A DNA stretch of 60,571 nucleotides, filler included, from Diploschistes diacapsis (Eukaryota): assembly GCA_023645945.1 (NCBI GenBank). It is 5 parts of 5 records of this genome, joined end to end, with 100 filler letters (N's around TTAATTAATTAA, not from the genome) between each part and the next. Parts side by side here need not be neighbours in the genome. Positions count along the whole stretch, not along the records: positions 7,587 to 37,823 come from JALAIB010000128.1; 4 more parts are not named here. One strand, given 5' to 3'. Of the stretch, positions 23,844-36,859 are shown one piece after another. Every line of letters starts with the position of its first letter. The first letter of the stretch is position 1. Both the position numbers and the translations under genes were made by a program. The notes below the pieces were generated by a model. It was not told where the DNA came from and made no database searches. It saw only the letters and a program-made list of their open reading frames with translations.

Positions 23844-26800
23844 ATGGTCGTTATCAACACCAGTCCAGGAACACTGGACTGTCGGATTCTTTCCGTCTTT
23901 TATGCTCGGGATCCAATGATCGAAAATCTGCCGGTGATAGTATTTCATGGCCCTTCAACAACAACAAACTCAACTCAGAACAGTTCGCGCATCCAGGCTC
24001 ATATTTTCTCTATTGCGGGTTATCACAGCTTTCCTCGCCTTACCATCTCACCAACCTCTCCGCTTTACTCGGCCGTACATGAACTCCCGCCGGAAGAACA
24101 GGGTGACGAGATATGCCGAGGGTTAGCTATTTGTCTCTTGAAATATTTTTCTGAAATTCCACAAGCGGTGAAAGAATGTCTCGAAAATTTAGCAAGTAAT
24201 CTTGGACGGGAAGGGAGTTGCTCGTCAACGTATGATAGCCGCCATGCGGCATATCTTGCCAGCAACATGGTTCGAATTGAGGATTCGTCGGTCATTGCCG
24301 ATCACCTATCCAATGGTCTTGCACAGCAATGCATATCTTGGGCCGACGTTGATGTGATATTGCCTAGAAATGCTATCACTAGGCCAGGCCCAATCGATAG
24401 TTCTTCGCAATTGGAGGAGCAAGCGACGAATACACCGGAAAGGAGCGTTCCCATCGATTATGGAAAATTTACCGAGCTTATATACTCGTTTGGCATGCCA
24501 CTATTTCTTCCAACGTCAAGACTACGCAGAGCACCATCAAGACCTACGGCGGGAAGCAATTCCCGTATCTTGACCCAGGAGCAGAAGTCTTCGTTACGCC
24601 GTGAGATGAACGAGCTAACGGCGACCGAACAGAGCTATGTGCTCAAGCTCAACGATCTGGCCACAAGTGCTGCTGCCGACTACTGCCGCGATGAGACTCG
24701 AGGGTCTTCAAAAAATGTTGGAGGCCGAGGAGCATCTATACAGCAGCTTTTCCCATCGTGTCTGACTGAAATCATGGACATAAACACGGAGTTTCTACAC
24801 AGCATGTGCGATCTGATGAGAGAATTTGGCGAGGGACATCCAAGTCAAAGGCACGACGGTGGTGTCCGTTGGGTGCCGGATCGTGATCCAACTGGAGCAG
24901 ATGCGTTTGCTAAGATTTTCTTGCAAGTCCTGCCGGACTTCAAAAGCCCATACCAACAGTACCTGCAAGCTAGCTCACAATTCTCTCAAATACTCAGTGA
25001 GCATCTACGGGAAGGTGACTCTCCTTTCGCAAGGGCTGTGCAGCAGACTGGAGAACAGCGCTTAAGGTCCTGGTTAATTGAGCCAGTACAGCGCCTGCCC
25101 CGTTACAGCTTATTCATAGAAAATATGGTTAACCAGCTACCAGCGGATCATCCAGCCATGTCGAAATTTCTTCGTGCAAAAGACCTTATTTCCGATATCT
25201 GTGCTCTTGATCAAGATGATTCGCCCGATAACGGGAAAACTGTCAAAGCTTTCCAAGGCCTCGTTGCAAATTGGCCTGATGGGTTTGTCCCGCAAGGTCG
25301 ACTTGTCACAGTCGCCGACGTGGCTGAGTTGAGAGCACCCTACGTAGTAAAAGCCTCAACGAAGGGGGAGCAGGGCTTGCTGCTTCTTTTCCCAGACTAC
25401 GTAGTCATGCTCCGGAAGCTTCCTGGTAACAGCCTTACCGCTCGGGGCCTTCTAGCAGAAATTGATCGCCCATCTCCAATCGGCATATTGTCTAATGGAC
25501 AAAGTGGTCCGCCGCGATTTTTGAATTTCGGCTACTACTTTCAGCTCAATGAAACATGGTTTACGGAATCTACTGACGGTAAATCGGTTCACCTAGCTCA
25601 TACCGGGCCGGCGCTCAACGACATCCTCCATCCCGAAAAAGGATCTCAATACTCGACAACGATACGGGTATATCTGTTACAGGGATCATATGAGGCCAAA
25701 GCCCCTAAGTGGAGCGAGGAGATTGCTAAAGCGAGAATTCAATACAGGTTCCCAGAGTGCATGCGTGAAGACGAAAAGTGGGCTCTAAGAGTCCTCAGTC
25801 CGCATCAAGAAAGCTTGGGTATTGTGTCTGCAATTTTCGAGAACGACATGGACACTTTCAGGGCAGTCAAGCGTGCTGTACAAGGTCGTATTCGGGTACT
25901 TGTCGAGCAGGCAGATCAGACAGGAATCGAACATGCTTGGGAGGCTGAGGATGCCAATGTTGAGATTAGGGGCCATATATTGATCCATCCATCCCACAGA
26001 TGCTGTTTTGAATTCAAAGGCTTTGGGGAGACTATCAGGGTGGATAATGTAGAAATGAGTGACTTTGTCTCTGTATTCACTAAGAGCAGTATGTGTTGTG
26101 TGACTCCTTTTCTTCGATGAAGGTGCTAATCTCTAGTAGTAAGTAACTTGCTGCGTACTAACCATCAGCCAAAAACGCAACATCGAACGGCACACGCCTT
26201 CGTGTCAGCTAACCGAAGAATTGCCGAGTCTATGCGGCTCGAGACGCCCACGGAGCAGACGTCAACTCACAGCAGATTCAAGCCAATGTCGCCTGTCAAA
26301 GCATTGTCCAGTTTCCTTGGAGGAATTTCTCGTGATCAGTCTTCCTCCATAAAACCACCTAGTCTGGGAACGAGCGTGACGAGCCAGAGACCTGCGGAAT
26401 TACTCTCAATTGGACAAATGACCTCCAAATCCCACGTTCAGCCATTACTACGGGCAGAGTCCAACAGGGTACAAGCTGCCGATATTAAGCCAACCGACCC
26501 TTCAGCCGACAATATCTTTGTTCAATTGGAAAGTACTCTCACCACATATATTGTGGCGCTCCGCTCTAGGTGTGGGAATATCGTTGGGAAGGTCCTTCGA
26601 AATCGTACCAATGCTGACATTCTCGCCGTTAACGAGCTTTACAACATCCTCTTAGATGATGCCCAGCAATTTCAGACAACGGCAGAAGCTCCAATAGATG
26701 TACTCTTCTCCGCTTTTGAAAAATTCCTTAATCGTGAGTGGAAGGAACGAATGGGTCCGGTCTTACCAAGGCCGATACTTGATAGGATGCAGATACTCTT

Positions 26801-28466
26801 CGATACATTGCCGTCGTATGCGATCCAAGATCCCCTAAGGGCTCTACTTAACGAGATGAGCCCCCAGAATCAACGAGCATTCTCTGCTCTAATCAGATTG
26901 CTGTACGAGCTTCTGGATACTTCTGGTAACGATGGCGATAGAGGGGCTTTGACCGTTGCTTTCGCCGAGCTCATGGTACAAGAAGCGGATCCTCATCATT
27001 ATATATCTCTCCTCGATCGTCTCGTGGAGAACATTGATGTTTTGTTCGAGGATACGAGTTCCCTGAACACTAACTCGTTTTCAAAGAACAGTAGTCTGCA
27101 AGGGGCGAGAACGGGGACCACTGGCTCTCTAAGCTCAACTGCATCTTCTCTTAAGAAGCGGTTTGGCTTTGGAAATCTCACCAGAGAGAATAGCAAAACC
27201 GATTCCGAATCGAGGGTCGGGCAAATAATCAGAAACCTGAGCAAGAAGTCCACTGCAGAAGCAAACTCACAGCCTTCCAGCTTGTCTAAATCCTTCTTGG
27301 GTCGCTCAAGATCGACAGACAATGAGAATCGACGACCATTGCTGTCGCGCCCAGCATCCAAGGATAGCAACCAAACGCTTTCCGGCTTTGCTCAACAAGC
27401 TCGACCAGCGACTGCCCATCAAGATTCCTTCAGTCCTATAGGCAACCACGATCCCGTGCGAATACCCACTCAGGATCATCCTCGAAGGAAGAGACGCAGT
27501 TCACTTTCAGACCTCACCAATCTTCGTAACTCTCCTGTGCCTAACTTTGCATCCCCAAATAGGCCTCGCAAAGTAGATATTCCAGCAGATGCGGTTTCGC
27601 CTTTTCAGACAGGGAGACGAGTCTTACGAACGCCTTCGCCTCCAAAAATGCAGCGGACTCTCAATAATCCACATTCGAAGATTCCAAGCCCGTCCAATTT
27701 GAAGGAGAATATGCCACCAGCCGCCATTGATCGAACTTACGACGAGAACGTCAAACAGGCAAAACCCATGAGCCAGAGCAGTGGCTTCAGCCCAAGTAAA
27801 AGAGCTCTTGGCTCGAGTCAGATACCGTTCATGAAATATGGCGTCCTGAGCCCCTCGCCAGCTCCAAGCTTAATGTCTAGCAAAGCTCCATCACCGCAGA
27901 AACTGCGGTTACAGAGTCCTCAGAAGGTAAATTCTCAAGAATTAGAAGGCTTGAAACAAACTGATGTGGAGTAGCTGCGCGAACGTCTCGACCGAGAAAA
28001 GAAGGCGATTAAAGAAGCAGGCCCTTCGTTGCAGCTAGAACTTTTGAAGATTGGAGAGGAGCTGGCTGCCTCCAAGCCTTCCGGCAGTGCTTCGCCTCCA
28101 CACTCGAAGGAGGTTGTCGCACGCGTCAATGGACTCGAAACTAAAATGGCAAAATTGCTGAGCGACCTCTCGGCGCGATCAGCAGCCCTACAGGCGGATA
28201 TCGATCACTTGGTAACAGTGAGCGAAAAGAAGGCCAAGAATTTGGACGATTTATACCGAGAAGCCAATGCTGAAAACGAGTTACTGTATGAGAAGTTCAA
28301 CACGGAGCTGGCACGGGTCTTGAAAGCAGTCAAAGGGGGAGAAGGAGGGCGTGAAATGAGCGCAAAGCTGAAAGAGGCTCAAGATGAAGCAGCAAGATTA
28401 AGGAAGGAGAATCAGCGGCTGAAGCGAGAGAATCTGGGGTTGAGAAGTCAATTGAAAGGAGCGTGA
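23844..28466 (+). CDS. BUD3: Rho guanine nucleotide exchange factor Bud3 (septation), exons 23844-26088, 26140-27926, 27975-28466
   Basis: N-terminal VFHGPSTT..SSRIQAH, DH domain (EL.ATEQSYVLKL ... LIEPVQRLPRYSLFI), PH-like region, C-terminal coiled coil LYREANAENELLYEKFN; introns restore frame. Confidence 0.85.
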
Positions 28467-29267
28467 GCTTCGAATCCGGATTGCATCGTAGTAGTAATAG
28501 TAGTAGCGCACTCCAGAGTCCTTGGCCGGCGTTGAAGGTGTTTAGGGCATGGATGGACCGCATGATACCCAGAACACTTTGATAACGGGGGCCGGGTGTG
28601 TTTATTTATTGCACTATGAAGAGAAGAGCGAGAGACTAATGTGATATGATGATAGGGGAAATGTGATGTATTCTTTTAGCAGGAATGTTGACACACCCAA
28701 GCATCATCGCATCACACCGTAACTCCCCGTTAGTTGAATGCTATGTTACGTGACCGGGGTCCAGCACGTTCACAATCGATTGGTGCAAAGGGGCCTGTCA
28801 AAAACCTAAGATGTACAGCATCCATAAGCTTTTGGGGTGGTAAGTTATATCAGTATGCAAATGGGCAGTCTGCGGAAGCGCTTCTGTCTATATTGGTATA
28901 TACTATATATACTATTCATGGGCTAGGTACCCGTTGAAAAGCCCTACCGCGGGAACTTTCGTTGTTCTTCGCCAAGCTTGTGTCCACCTTTTTCTCTCCC
29001 CTCACCAGATGCGCGGGCTCTTCAAGAGCATCAACTTCTTTAAATCCACTGTCCTTACTTGTCCAAGGGCTCTGAATCTTGAACTTTTCAGGCTTAAGGG
29101 CTTACGGCTACCGGCTACGGCTACGGCTGCGACTACGGAGCTCTTGTCGCTCGTCGAGCTCTGAGGTAGATACTGCCAGAACTCTTGACAGAGTGCAGCA
29201 GGATCATAGCAGTTCAATTGGCCACCCTTGCCCGTGCATCAAGTACAGGGTTTTCAATGTACACCTC

Positions 29268-32200
29268 ATGTCAAAGACCCCATCCAATCCTGAAAATGCC
29301 TCACCATTGGTGAGGTCTCAATCCGAGGCGGTCTTGAATGACTGCCACGCTGTAGCGGCGGCCCCTCATGCTCGCGCCAAAGCCGGCCCTTTGGCTGGCT
29401 TTGGCCGTGTACAGACCTTTACATCTTTGTCTTCGCTGCGTACTTTCGATGAACAAACTCTCCAGCTATCCGAGAGAGACAGCATCTTCGCTACTACCTA
29501 CTTTGCGAGCGAAAGTAACGCAGCTACTCCACGCCAGAGCCCCATAAAATATAGCAAGAACGACTCTGCTCGCCATGTCGAGTCTGATCTACAGCTTCCA
29601 CCGTGGCTCCTCTGTGAGGCAGGACCTTCTGCGTCGTCAGTACCTGCCGCAGCACCTGCCCAAGCACACTTTTCACCCACGATGACACCCCATTCTGCTT
29701 TAACGTACCAGTTGCAGCGGTCACGGCCCGGCACGGTGACTGTTCGAGACAGACAACATGACGCGAAAGCTTTGTACCTGTCTCAGATGAATGACAATCA
29801 TGGTGCTACAGAATCTGACTTCATAAGTAGCGAGCACCTGAAAAGCTCATTGATTGCATCAGACCCTCGCCCTCCGAACGCTCCCAGATCTAGAACCGCC
29901 TATCATTTGCGAATGTCTGCACAAAGGAACGCATCCGAAGGTACGGCTCAGGGTACGGCTCGGAGAAGCACTGCAGAGCTTGGTGGAAGCGAGAAGCTCG
30001 CGGCTGAGAACGACCGCGCCCATTCCAAATATGATGAGCCCAGAGAAGCTTTTGCTGAAGGGCAAGGTCAGCAGATTGAGGCTGTCATAGCCAGCGAAGA
30101 TCCTGCGCATCAAGCACGTAGCCGCAAAGCGAGCCATTACCTGGGAATCTTCAAGGAGAATAAGGATGGGCGGGATTGGAAGAAGGGCAAGGAAAAGCAG
30201 CAAGAGAATAAAATAAAAGGACAACGTGGTTCGCAAGATACGGCGGGACTCAGGGATGGACGGGAGTCAAGCAAAGCAACAAGCAGCCAAGGACAGCGCA
30301 TGGGGCACAACTCAACCCACCACCGTCGAGGTTCGCTTGATTATGGACAGGGAAAGACTGACTCCGTTGCTGAAACCTCGGGGTTTACCGGATCGTCTAC
30401 GCACGCGACTGCTGCTCTCCCTCCGGCAGTCTTAAAAGACTCTACCCTGATGATCGAGTCTGAAGACGACCTAGGCCTTTCGGTTAAAGAAGGGGTTGAA
30501 TGGCGATCCGAGAACAATGGACATGGTTCGTTTCCCCTAAGACTCTTAGAAGAAATCAGGGACCATCGTCGTAGCCAGAAAGTCAAAGAGCCTACACCAA
30601 GCCTGCCATCAAATCATCGACCCGTACGTACGAGCTCTCAATACCCTTCAGATGTAGATGCGGTGGGCAATAGAAGCCGGTCTGCATCGCCTTCCGAGAA
30701 CGAGGCTCAAACGGAAGACGACGAAGGTTATTCAGACAAGGAGCGAATCTCGTCGGCAACTTACTACCCACACCAAGCTCCTTCGCCTGACACCGTTGCT
30801 GAACATCACCATCTTGACGAATCGCAAATGAATGAAGAAAAGTCAAAGCTCTCTCAACTGCCGGCTCAGACCTTGGATCGAGATTTGATGCAGTCCACAG
30901 TGATCCGTAAATCAACAAACTCGGCTTTCAACCTGCAGTCTAAAGATAGGATCCGATATGTTGAAACGGAGTATCATGGTGTCCATATAGCTTCAGATTC
31001 GGCTGAAAAAAGCGAATCGCGGTGGTCAGTTGCATCGAGCGCCTCCGACACGGACTACGAATCTGCAGAAGATGCTGGCAGATCCGACAAAGACTCCGAT
31101 CACAGTCGCATCGATGATGGTGACGTTACCCCGACTCCGACTCCTCGCTCTTACTCGTATGTGCGATCGCGGCAAAGACGTGGCCGGAAACCACTTCAAG
31201 CCGTCGAGCTGCAGCCTTACAAACATCAAGTTGGTGGTCATACTAAAGTTTTTAGTTTTTCTAAGCAGGCTATCTGCAAGCAACTCAACAATAGAGAAAA
31301 TGTCTTTTACGAAATTATTGAAAGAGAGCACAGACAGCTCCTTCCATTCTTACCAAAGTCAGTGGCGCATCTCCCCAATCTATGTTGCGTTTGTTTCTTT
31401 GCGAGACACTCTCGATGGCTCGAAGCTGACATCTCGACTTGCGATTTAGATATCTCGGGGTTCTCAATGTGACATATCAGAAAGTACAAAGACAGAAAGT
31501 CAGATCACAAAAAGCAAAACGGGATCCTCGGTCTGAAAGAGGTACTTCTATGGCGGATGGCTCGTCGGATGATAAGCATATGGTTGAAGCTACGGGAAAA
31601 CCTGCTACGGCGACAGCCGCTCCCAGAACGATCAGCCACTCAACAAACTACAACGCCAGGGATGAGACAGTTCCCCAAGTAATCTTTGCGAATAACAGAC
31701 ACATCATACCCGACAACTTATTTAAGCCCAAGAACCATTCAGATCGTTCAGAGCTGCCACGCACTTCAGCTGCCGAACTTTTCGCTGCTGGATCAGGTGC
31801 CAACGGATACAGCCACATGGAACGATCGAACGAACATGATCAACACATAATTCATCGACCGGCAATGTATGGGCCACCTCTGAGTTGGGGAGCAACGATG
31901 GTGAATACAAAGCTCAAAGAGAAGGTATTAAGAGAAGTGTTCAGCCCACCTCAAGTCCACCATCACCAACATGGACGGGAGAGGAGGACTAGGAACGATT
32001 TCCGAAGCATGAGGCGCAAGGGAGACAGGTATTCAGATTTAGCAGACTCCTCGGATGCACCCGCGTCGTCGGTTGAAGAGAAGCCCGGGGCCATTTTCAC
32101 ATCATCCATGGCATTCGATCCACCTAAAATGGATGATCTTACTGCTAGTCAACCGGCTATGAGCGTTCAGGGGGATGCGGGCAGAGTGTCCGCCTTGAGC

Positions 32201-33418
32201 CAAGCATTGAATGCAAAGGCTGAGCCTTCTAAAAGTCGTGTTCAAGGCGCAACAGCCGATCCCCAAGAAGACGCGTTGAAACGTAAAAGAAGTATTCGGA
32301 GAAGGCGATCTGGAGGAGGGCTACGAAGGAAGCAAGTTGATGTGGACGATTCAAGGCGCAGCGAGTTTGAATATTACGAAGAAAGCGCCTACTGCAGGGA
32401 AAAGGATGATATTTTTAACATGGAACTTTTGTCTCAAGCATCTTCCACGGACTCTAATCTCTCAAGTCGGCCAGTTGAGAAATGCAAGCATCAAAAGCGG
32501 AGTAGTGACTCTAGTGAGGCACATGTGAGGACTGATGATGCGCAACTAGGAACGGTTAGTGGAGACGAAGGTGGCGCAATGGAGACGATCAGCCATACGA
32601 ACTCAGCGCCTTCGAACCCTTTAGAGGCTCAGCAACATCCAGACGAGCGCGTGCAGCACTTTCTCCTCCTTGAGGATCTGACCGCTAAAATGTCGCGCCC
32701 GTGCGTCCTCGATCTCAAGATGGGCACTCGACAGTACGGCATCGAAGCCTCGAAGAAGAAGCAGAGCTCTCAGCGACAAAAGTGCAAATCAACCACATCT
32801 CAACAACTGGGCGTACGTCTCTGCGGCATGCAAGTTTGGAATGCCGAGACATCGGAGTACACTTTCGAGGATAAATATGCTGGTCGAGATGTCCGTGCCG
32901 GAAGGGAATTCCAAGATGCCCTCCTTCGTTTTCTCTCGGACGGCCACTCGGATTCGGCTGCACTGCGGCACATCCCGCCACTGCTCGAGAGGCTCTCAGA
33001 TCTGGAGAGGATCATCGTGGGCCTACCGGGCTACAGATTCTATGCGAGTAGTTTGCTAATGCTATACGAAGGGCAAGAGCTTGACGAGACCACGGAGATG
33101 CAGGACGTTGAACCGCCTGGATCTGCAAGGCCGAGAAGGCTTCCGAAGTCGAACATCGACATCAAGTTGGTTGACTTTGCGAACTGCGTAACGGCAGAAG
33201 ACGAACTGCGCAATGACACGCCGTGCCCACCGCACGATCGATATGGAGTAGATAGGGGTTATATGCGCGGTCTCCGCACGCTACGGACTTACCTCAAGGG
33301 CATTTGGAAGGAGATCAGTACAGCAGAACCAGCAGAGAGGGGGGAGACGGAGAAGAGGGATCTGCCGGTGGGCTTGAGGGACACCTTGGAAGATGAAGCA
33401 GGGGAGGTGAGTATGTGA
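29268..33418 (+). CDS. KCS1: Inositol hexakisphosphate kinase Kcs1, exons 29268-31357, 31450-33418
   Basis: [26 protein letters not shown] (PxxxDxKxG), [22 protein letters not shown]; start codon uncertain. Confidence 0.9.
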
Positions 33419-33740
33419 ATTGGGTTGGGAAAGGAAAAAGGAGTGAGCTAGGGCGTGTCTACGACATTGGCGAAGTATCCCTTTTGGCGTTTACTAGCGG
33501 GCACTATACCCATTCTGCATTTCTATGGCACCGACGGGTGGGGAAATGGGATCGTATGCATTTGTTAGCGCATTGTTTGCTTTGGTATGCGTCTACTTTT
33601 GAATTGCATGTCCAAATGGCAGAGTGTGCGGACTGCAGGATCGAGGACATGAGTTCATAGCATTACAAGCATCAAGGAAGACTGTTTATCATTGTGCAAG
33701 TATATCCTGGCCCTCGAATGGCTTGTCGTAAAGCTCTTCC

Positions 33741-34991
33741 TCACTTCTTTCCAACCTCTTGGCTCGTCGCGTTTCCTCGGCTTGTCGCGTTTCCTCGGCT
33801 TGTCGTGTTTCCTGGGCTTGTCGCATTTCCTCCACCCCAACCAACAAGCTGCATCAAGCTGTCCAAAAGCCCCAGCCCCACCCCCATCTTCAAACGGGCC
33901 CCGTACTGGTAATCCCACGGAGCCTCCCACTCATAGTCCGTATTCCCGGGCCCCGTGCCCATCGCCAGCCCGGGCTCGATGTCCCTCGGCACCCACTTGT
34001 AATCGCAGCCCTCGGCCGAGGGGCCGATGTTGTTCGACCTCAGGCCACACTCCTGCTCCCAGTCGAGCCACCAGTGGTACGCTTCCCTGAAGGGCCCCTC
34101 GTAGTTCCAGAAGTTCTTGACGAAGTACCAGAACCAGCCGCGCGGCTGCTCGACCCACCAGTCGCCCCTGCGCTTCCACTCCCACCGCACGACGGTGACC
34201 CACTTGGGGTTCCCGTTGGCGGCCGGGTAGCCGAGGGCGCGGTCGAGGTCGACCGGGTCGACGCGGTAGCCGTCCATCTCGAACGGCAGGTGCGGGTTCG
34301 AGCCGTGCCAGTGCCGCTCCAGCTGCCGCGTCACCGCCTGGCTCGACCAGTTCGCGTCCGGCATGAAGCACTGCGCCGCCATCGGGATGCTGTTGATGAA
34401 CCGCCACCGCTCCACGGCCCGCAGCTCGTGGCCCGTGCGCGGCAGGAAGTCGTCGAAGGAGATGGGCTTGCCCTTGTCCGGCTGGTAGTAGACTAGGTCG
34501 TGGTACGGGGTCGGTTTCTGGACGCGTGGGTTCGTCGGAGGGGCTTTGGGGGGTTTGATTGGGCTGCCCTTTTGGGGCTTGCCGGGAGGGTCCTTTGGAG
34601 GGGCGGAGACATCGCGGAGGTGGAGGGTTTGGGCCGTGCTGTTGCTGGCTGTGTGGTGTTGTGGGGAGGGATAAGAGGAGAAGGGGCCGTAGATGGTGGT
34701 CGCGGCGGGGTCTTGGACGGAGGAGGGGTCGATGGTGGAGGAAGCGTAGGTGCGAGAGACCCTTGTGAGTGGATGATGGCCGCGCTTCTCAATGGCAAAA
34801 TCGTAAGAAATAGGGACGGGAATTCCGGAGCTGCTGAGGCTTGCGCTAGTGGTTGAAGAGGCATCGCCGGCGGATATGTCAATGAGACCTTGAGTGTAGT
34901 TGTGAGGTATGTGTGGCCTCCGAGGAAGACGGCCTTCAGCGGGATCGATAGTAAATGCCAAAGAGAGGGCAAGAAGTGACAGAAGATGCAT
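33741..34991 (-). CDS. Orphan secreted protein (~416 aa): signal peptide, Ser/Pro-rich linker, Trp-rich C-terminal domain
   Basis: Long ORF; MHLLSLLALSLAFTIDPAEG signal-like; strong GC3 bias in 3' half; C-terminal GN(A/T)TS repeats. Confidence 0.7.
   Translation of the reverse strand: MHLLSLLALSLAFTIDPAEGRLPRRPHIPHNYTQGLIDISAGDASSTTSASLSSSGIPVPISYDFAIEKRGHHPLTRVSRTYASSTIDPSSVQDPAATTIYGPFSSYPSPQHHTASNSTAQTLHLRDVSAPPKDPPGKPQKGSPIKPPKAPPTNPRVQKPTPYHDLVYYQPDKGKPISFDDFLPRTGHELRAVERWRFINSIPMAAQCFMPDANWSSQAVTRQLERHWHGSNPHLPFEMDGYRVDPVDLDRALGYPAANGNPKWVTVVRWEWKRRGDWWVEQPRGWFWYFVKNFWNYEGPFREAYHWWLDWEQECGLRSNNIGPSAEGCDYKWVPRDIEPGLAMGTGPGNTDYEWEAPWDYQYGARLKMGVGLGLLDSLMQLVGWGGGNATSPGNTTSRGNATSRGNATSQEVGKK
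33759..33830. repeat. Coding 18-bp tandem repeat (~4 units)
   Basis: ttcctcggcttgtcgcgt-type units encoding GNATSP/GNTTSR/GNATSR/GNATSQ on the minus strand. Confidence 0.8.
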
Positions 34992-36354
34992 CGCGATGGC
35001 TTTACAGGTGTTTCTCGCGACTTGCATATTTGGTAAAGACAAGTCTCTGGTCTGTTTGATCCTCTTAGCCTCACTGTCCTTAGTCCCCCTGGAGGATTAT
35101 CATGATCAAACAAAGACACGCCGATCAAAAGGTGAAGGAGGTTTCAAAGGAGGATGTGAGTAGAAAATTGGAAAGCATTTTGGCTTGTAGCAGAAAACCC
35201 CGAACCCGTCCAATTTGCAAGCTTTGACACTGGAGCTTTGGCCTCCTCTGAAAAATTCGTTCACCTTATAAATATGTGTGTAACGACGAGGATTTTTCAA
35301 GCTCTAACCGATTCTCTCCAAACAGGCCGCTTTTGAAGCTCGTCAATTGCACTTAAACGAAAGGTTGCTAAATTGCAACAGCAAGAAGAGTATCGATATA
35401 TACAATCACACCCACAGCGCGCGCGAAACGTGTGAAAGGGCATTCTGGTAGGCCATCCTACAGTAACCCTATTGTATCATCCAGTCCTGGATCACCCACA
35501 GTAGAATAACCCATCGCATACGTCTAGCTTGTGACGTTTCTCACAGCGTGTCAAGAATCCAAAAGATATAAGCTGAATGGTTGGACGGGATATTTTGACA
35601 CGGACGTGGGCACAGTATAAAGATAACATATGCCGTTGGTCAGCCCTACGAATGTTTACTGCATAAAGCAAAATCACTCGTGGTCGCCATCCTCCCTAGT
35701 TACATATATCTCTTTACATCTCCCTAGGATGAATGGAAGGCAATGTATGTCCCTGAATGGGATCATGTTGCGCTTCAGTGTTGTATCAATCTCGCTTGGT
35801 CAATCAGACTTCCGTAGACGCACCTGCTATCATGTGTCTTCAATGAATCTATATAGTCGGTCAAAAGACGATGTCTAATACTATAGGTATTCATATCTTT
35901 CTGTGTTCCAGCGGGGGTTGTCTGCTACTCACGTCTGCGTTTCGATTATATGATACGTCTGAGTCCCCTCCTCGGAATCACCGTGGTTGCTCAGGGAAAA
36001 CCACAATATAGGAGATGGATGCAATGTCAAACGGCTTACTTCATACTCTACTATGAGCGAGATGGTAGAACACTAAGTCGTGAGATACTAAGTGGAAGAA
36101 CTTGTTCACTACAGCCCTGAAAGGAAAGCTATACGTCGTCATCGCTCATTGTTGCATTGTCTATTCAATGAGCTAGAAGCTTTCAATCCAGTTATTGTCA
36201 TGTTTTCTCGCTCCGGCTCCATGTCTTATATCTTTCAACACATACCATCTTTCAAATAATGCCTCGTACATCTATTCAGGGATCTACTGGTAGCTCTCTA
36301 CATTATTAGTTTGCTATAACTCGTTTAAGTACTACCCAATTTTCACAATACAGT

Positions 36355-36859
36355 ATGCAGTTCCCCGCAACCCTTGTCCTCGCTGCCATTGCCGCACTTC
36401 CTACCTCCACCGTCGCTACTCCTGTTAACAAGGTCCCCAGCAAGGCCAATACCGCTCCCTATACCTTTCCGAGTGCGGATCATGTAACCAAGGGTGCCGG
36501 TACGGTAGCCGTAGGTGACCCAGCACAACTTATACACTTTTTTGGCGTTGACGGCTCATTATGTAGAGATAATCCCCTCATTCATTTGACGATAGTGTCT
36601 AACGGTTCTTATAGGCGACGGCGGAGTAGCGTGTGTCAACCAATGCATCATGATTGTTCCGAAAAATGGTGGAAACTGGGCTAATCCGTGGGTTGACTGC
36701 TCTGGCGTCCCGGATGGGAGTAAAGTATTCGGTTACTGGAGTGCGAACGCGACGGCTTATTTGAAAATCCCTGTACCTGCAACCACAACTTCGACGCTTC
36801 CAAGTTGGTGCAGATGCGATCTGCCAACTAAGGGAATCTGTGGGCAGATCATGTGTTGA
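36355..36859 (+). CDS. Small secreted cysteine-rich protein (129 aa), exons 36355-36499, 36615-36859
   Basis: Signal peptide MQFPATLVLAAIAALPTSTVA; intron GTACGG..CTAAC..TAG joins two ORFs in frame; 7 Cys in exon 2. Confidence 0.78.

Noticed and set aside
31210..32730. Large insertion splitting the Kcs1 kinase domain
   Set aside because: Long low-complexity insertions here are normal in fungal Kcs1.
33759..34496. Long overlapping ORFs on the opposite strand (also over centrin, 52436-52966)
   Set aside because: Shadow ORFs expected from extreme GC3 bias.
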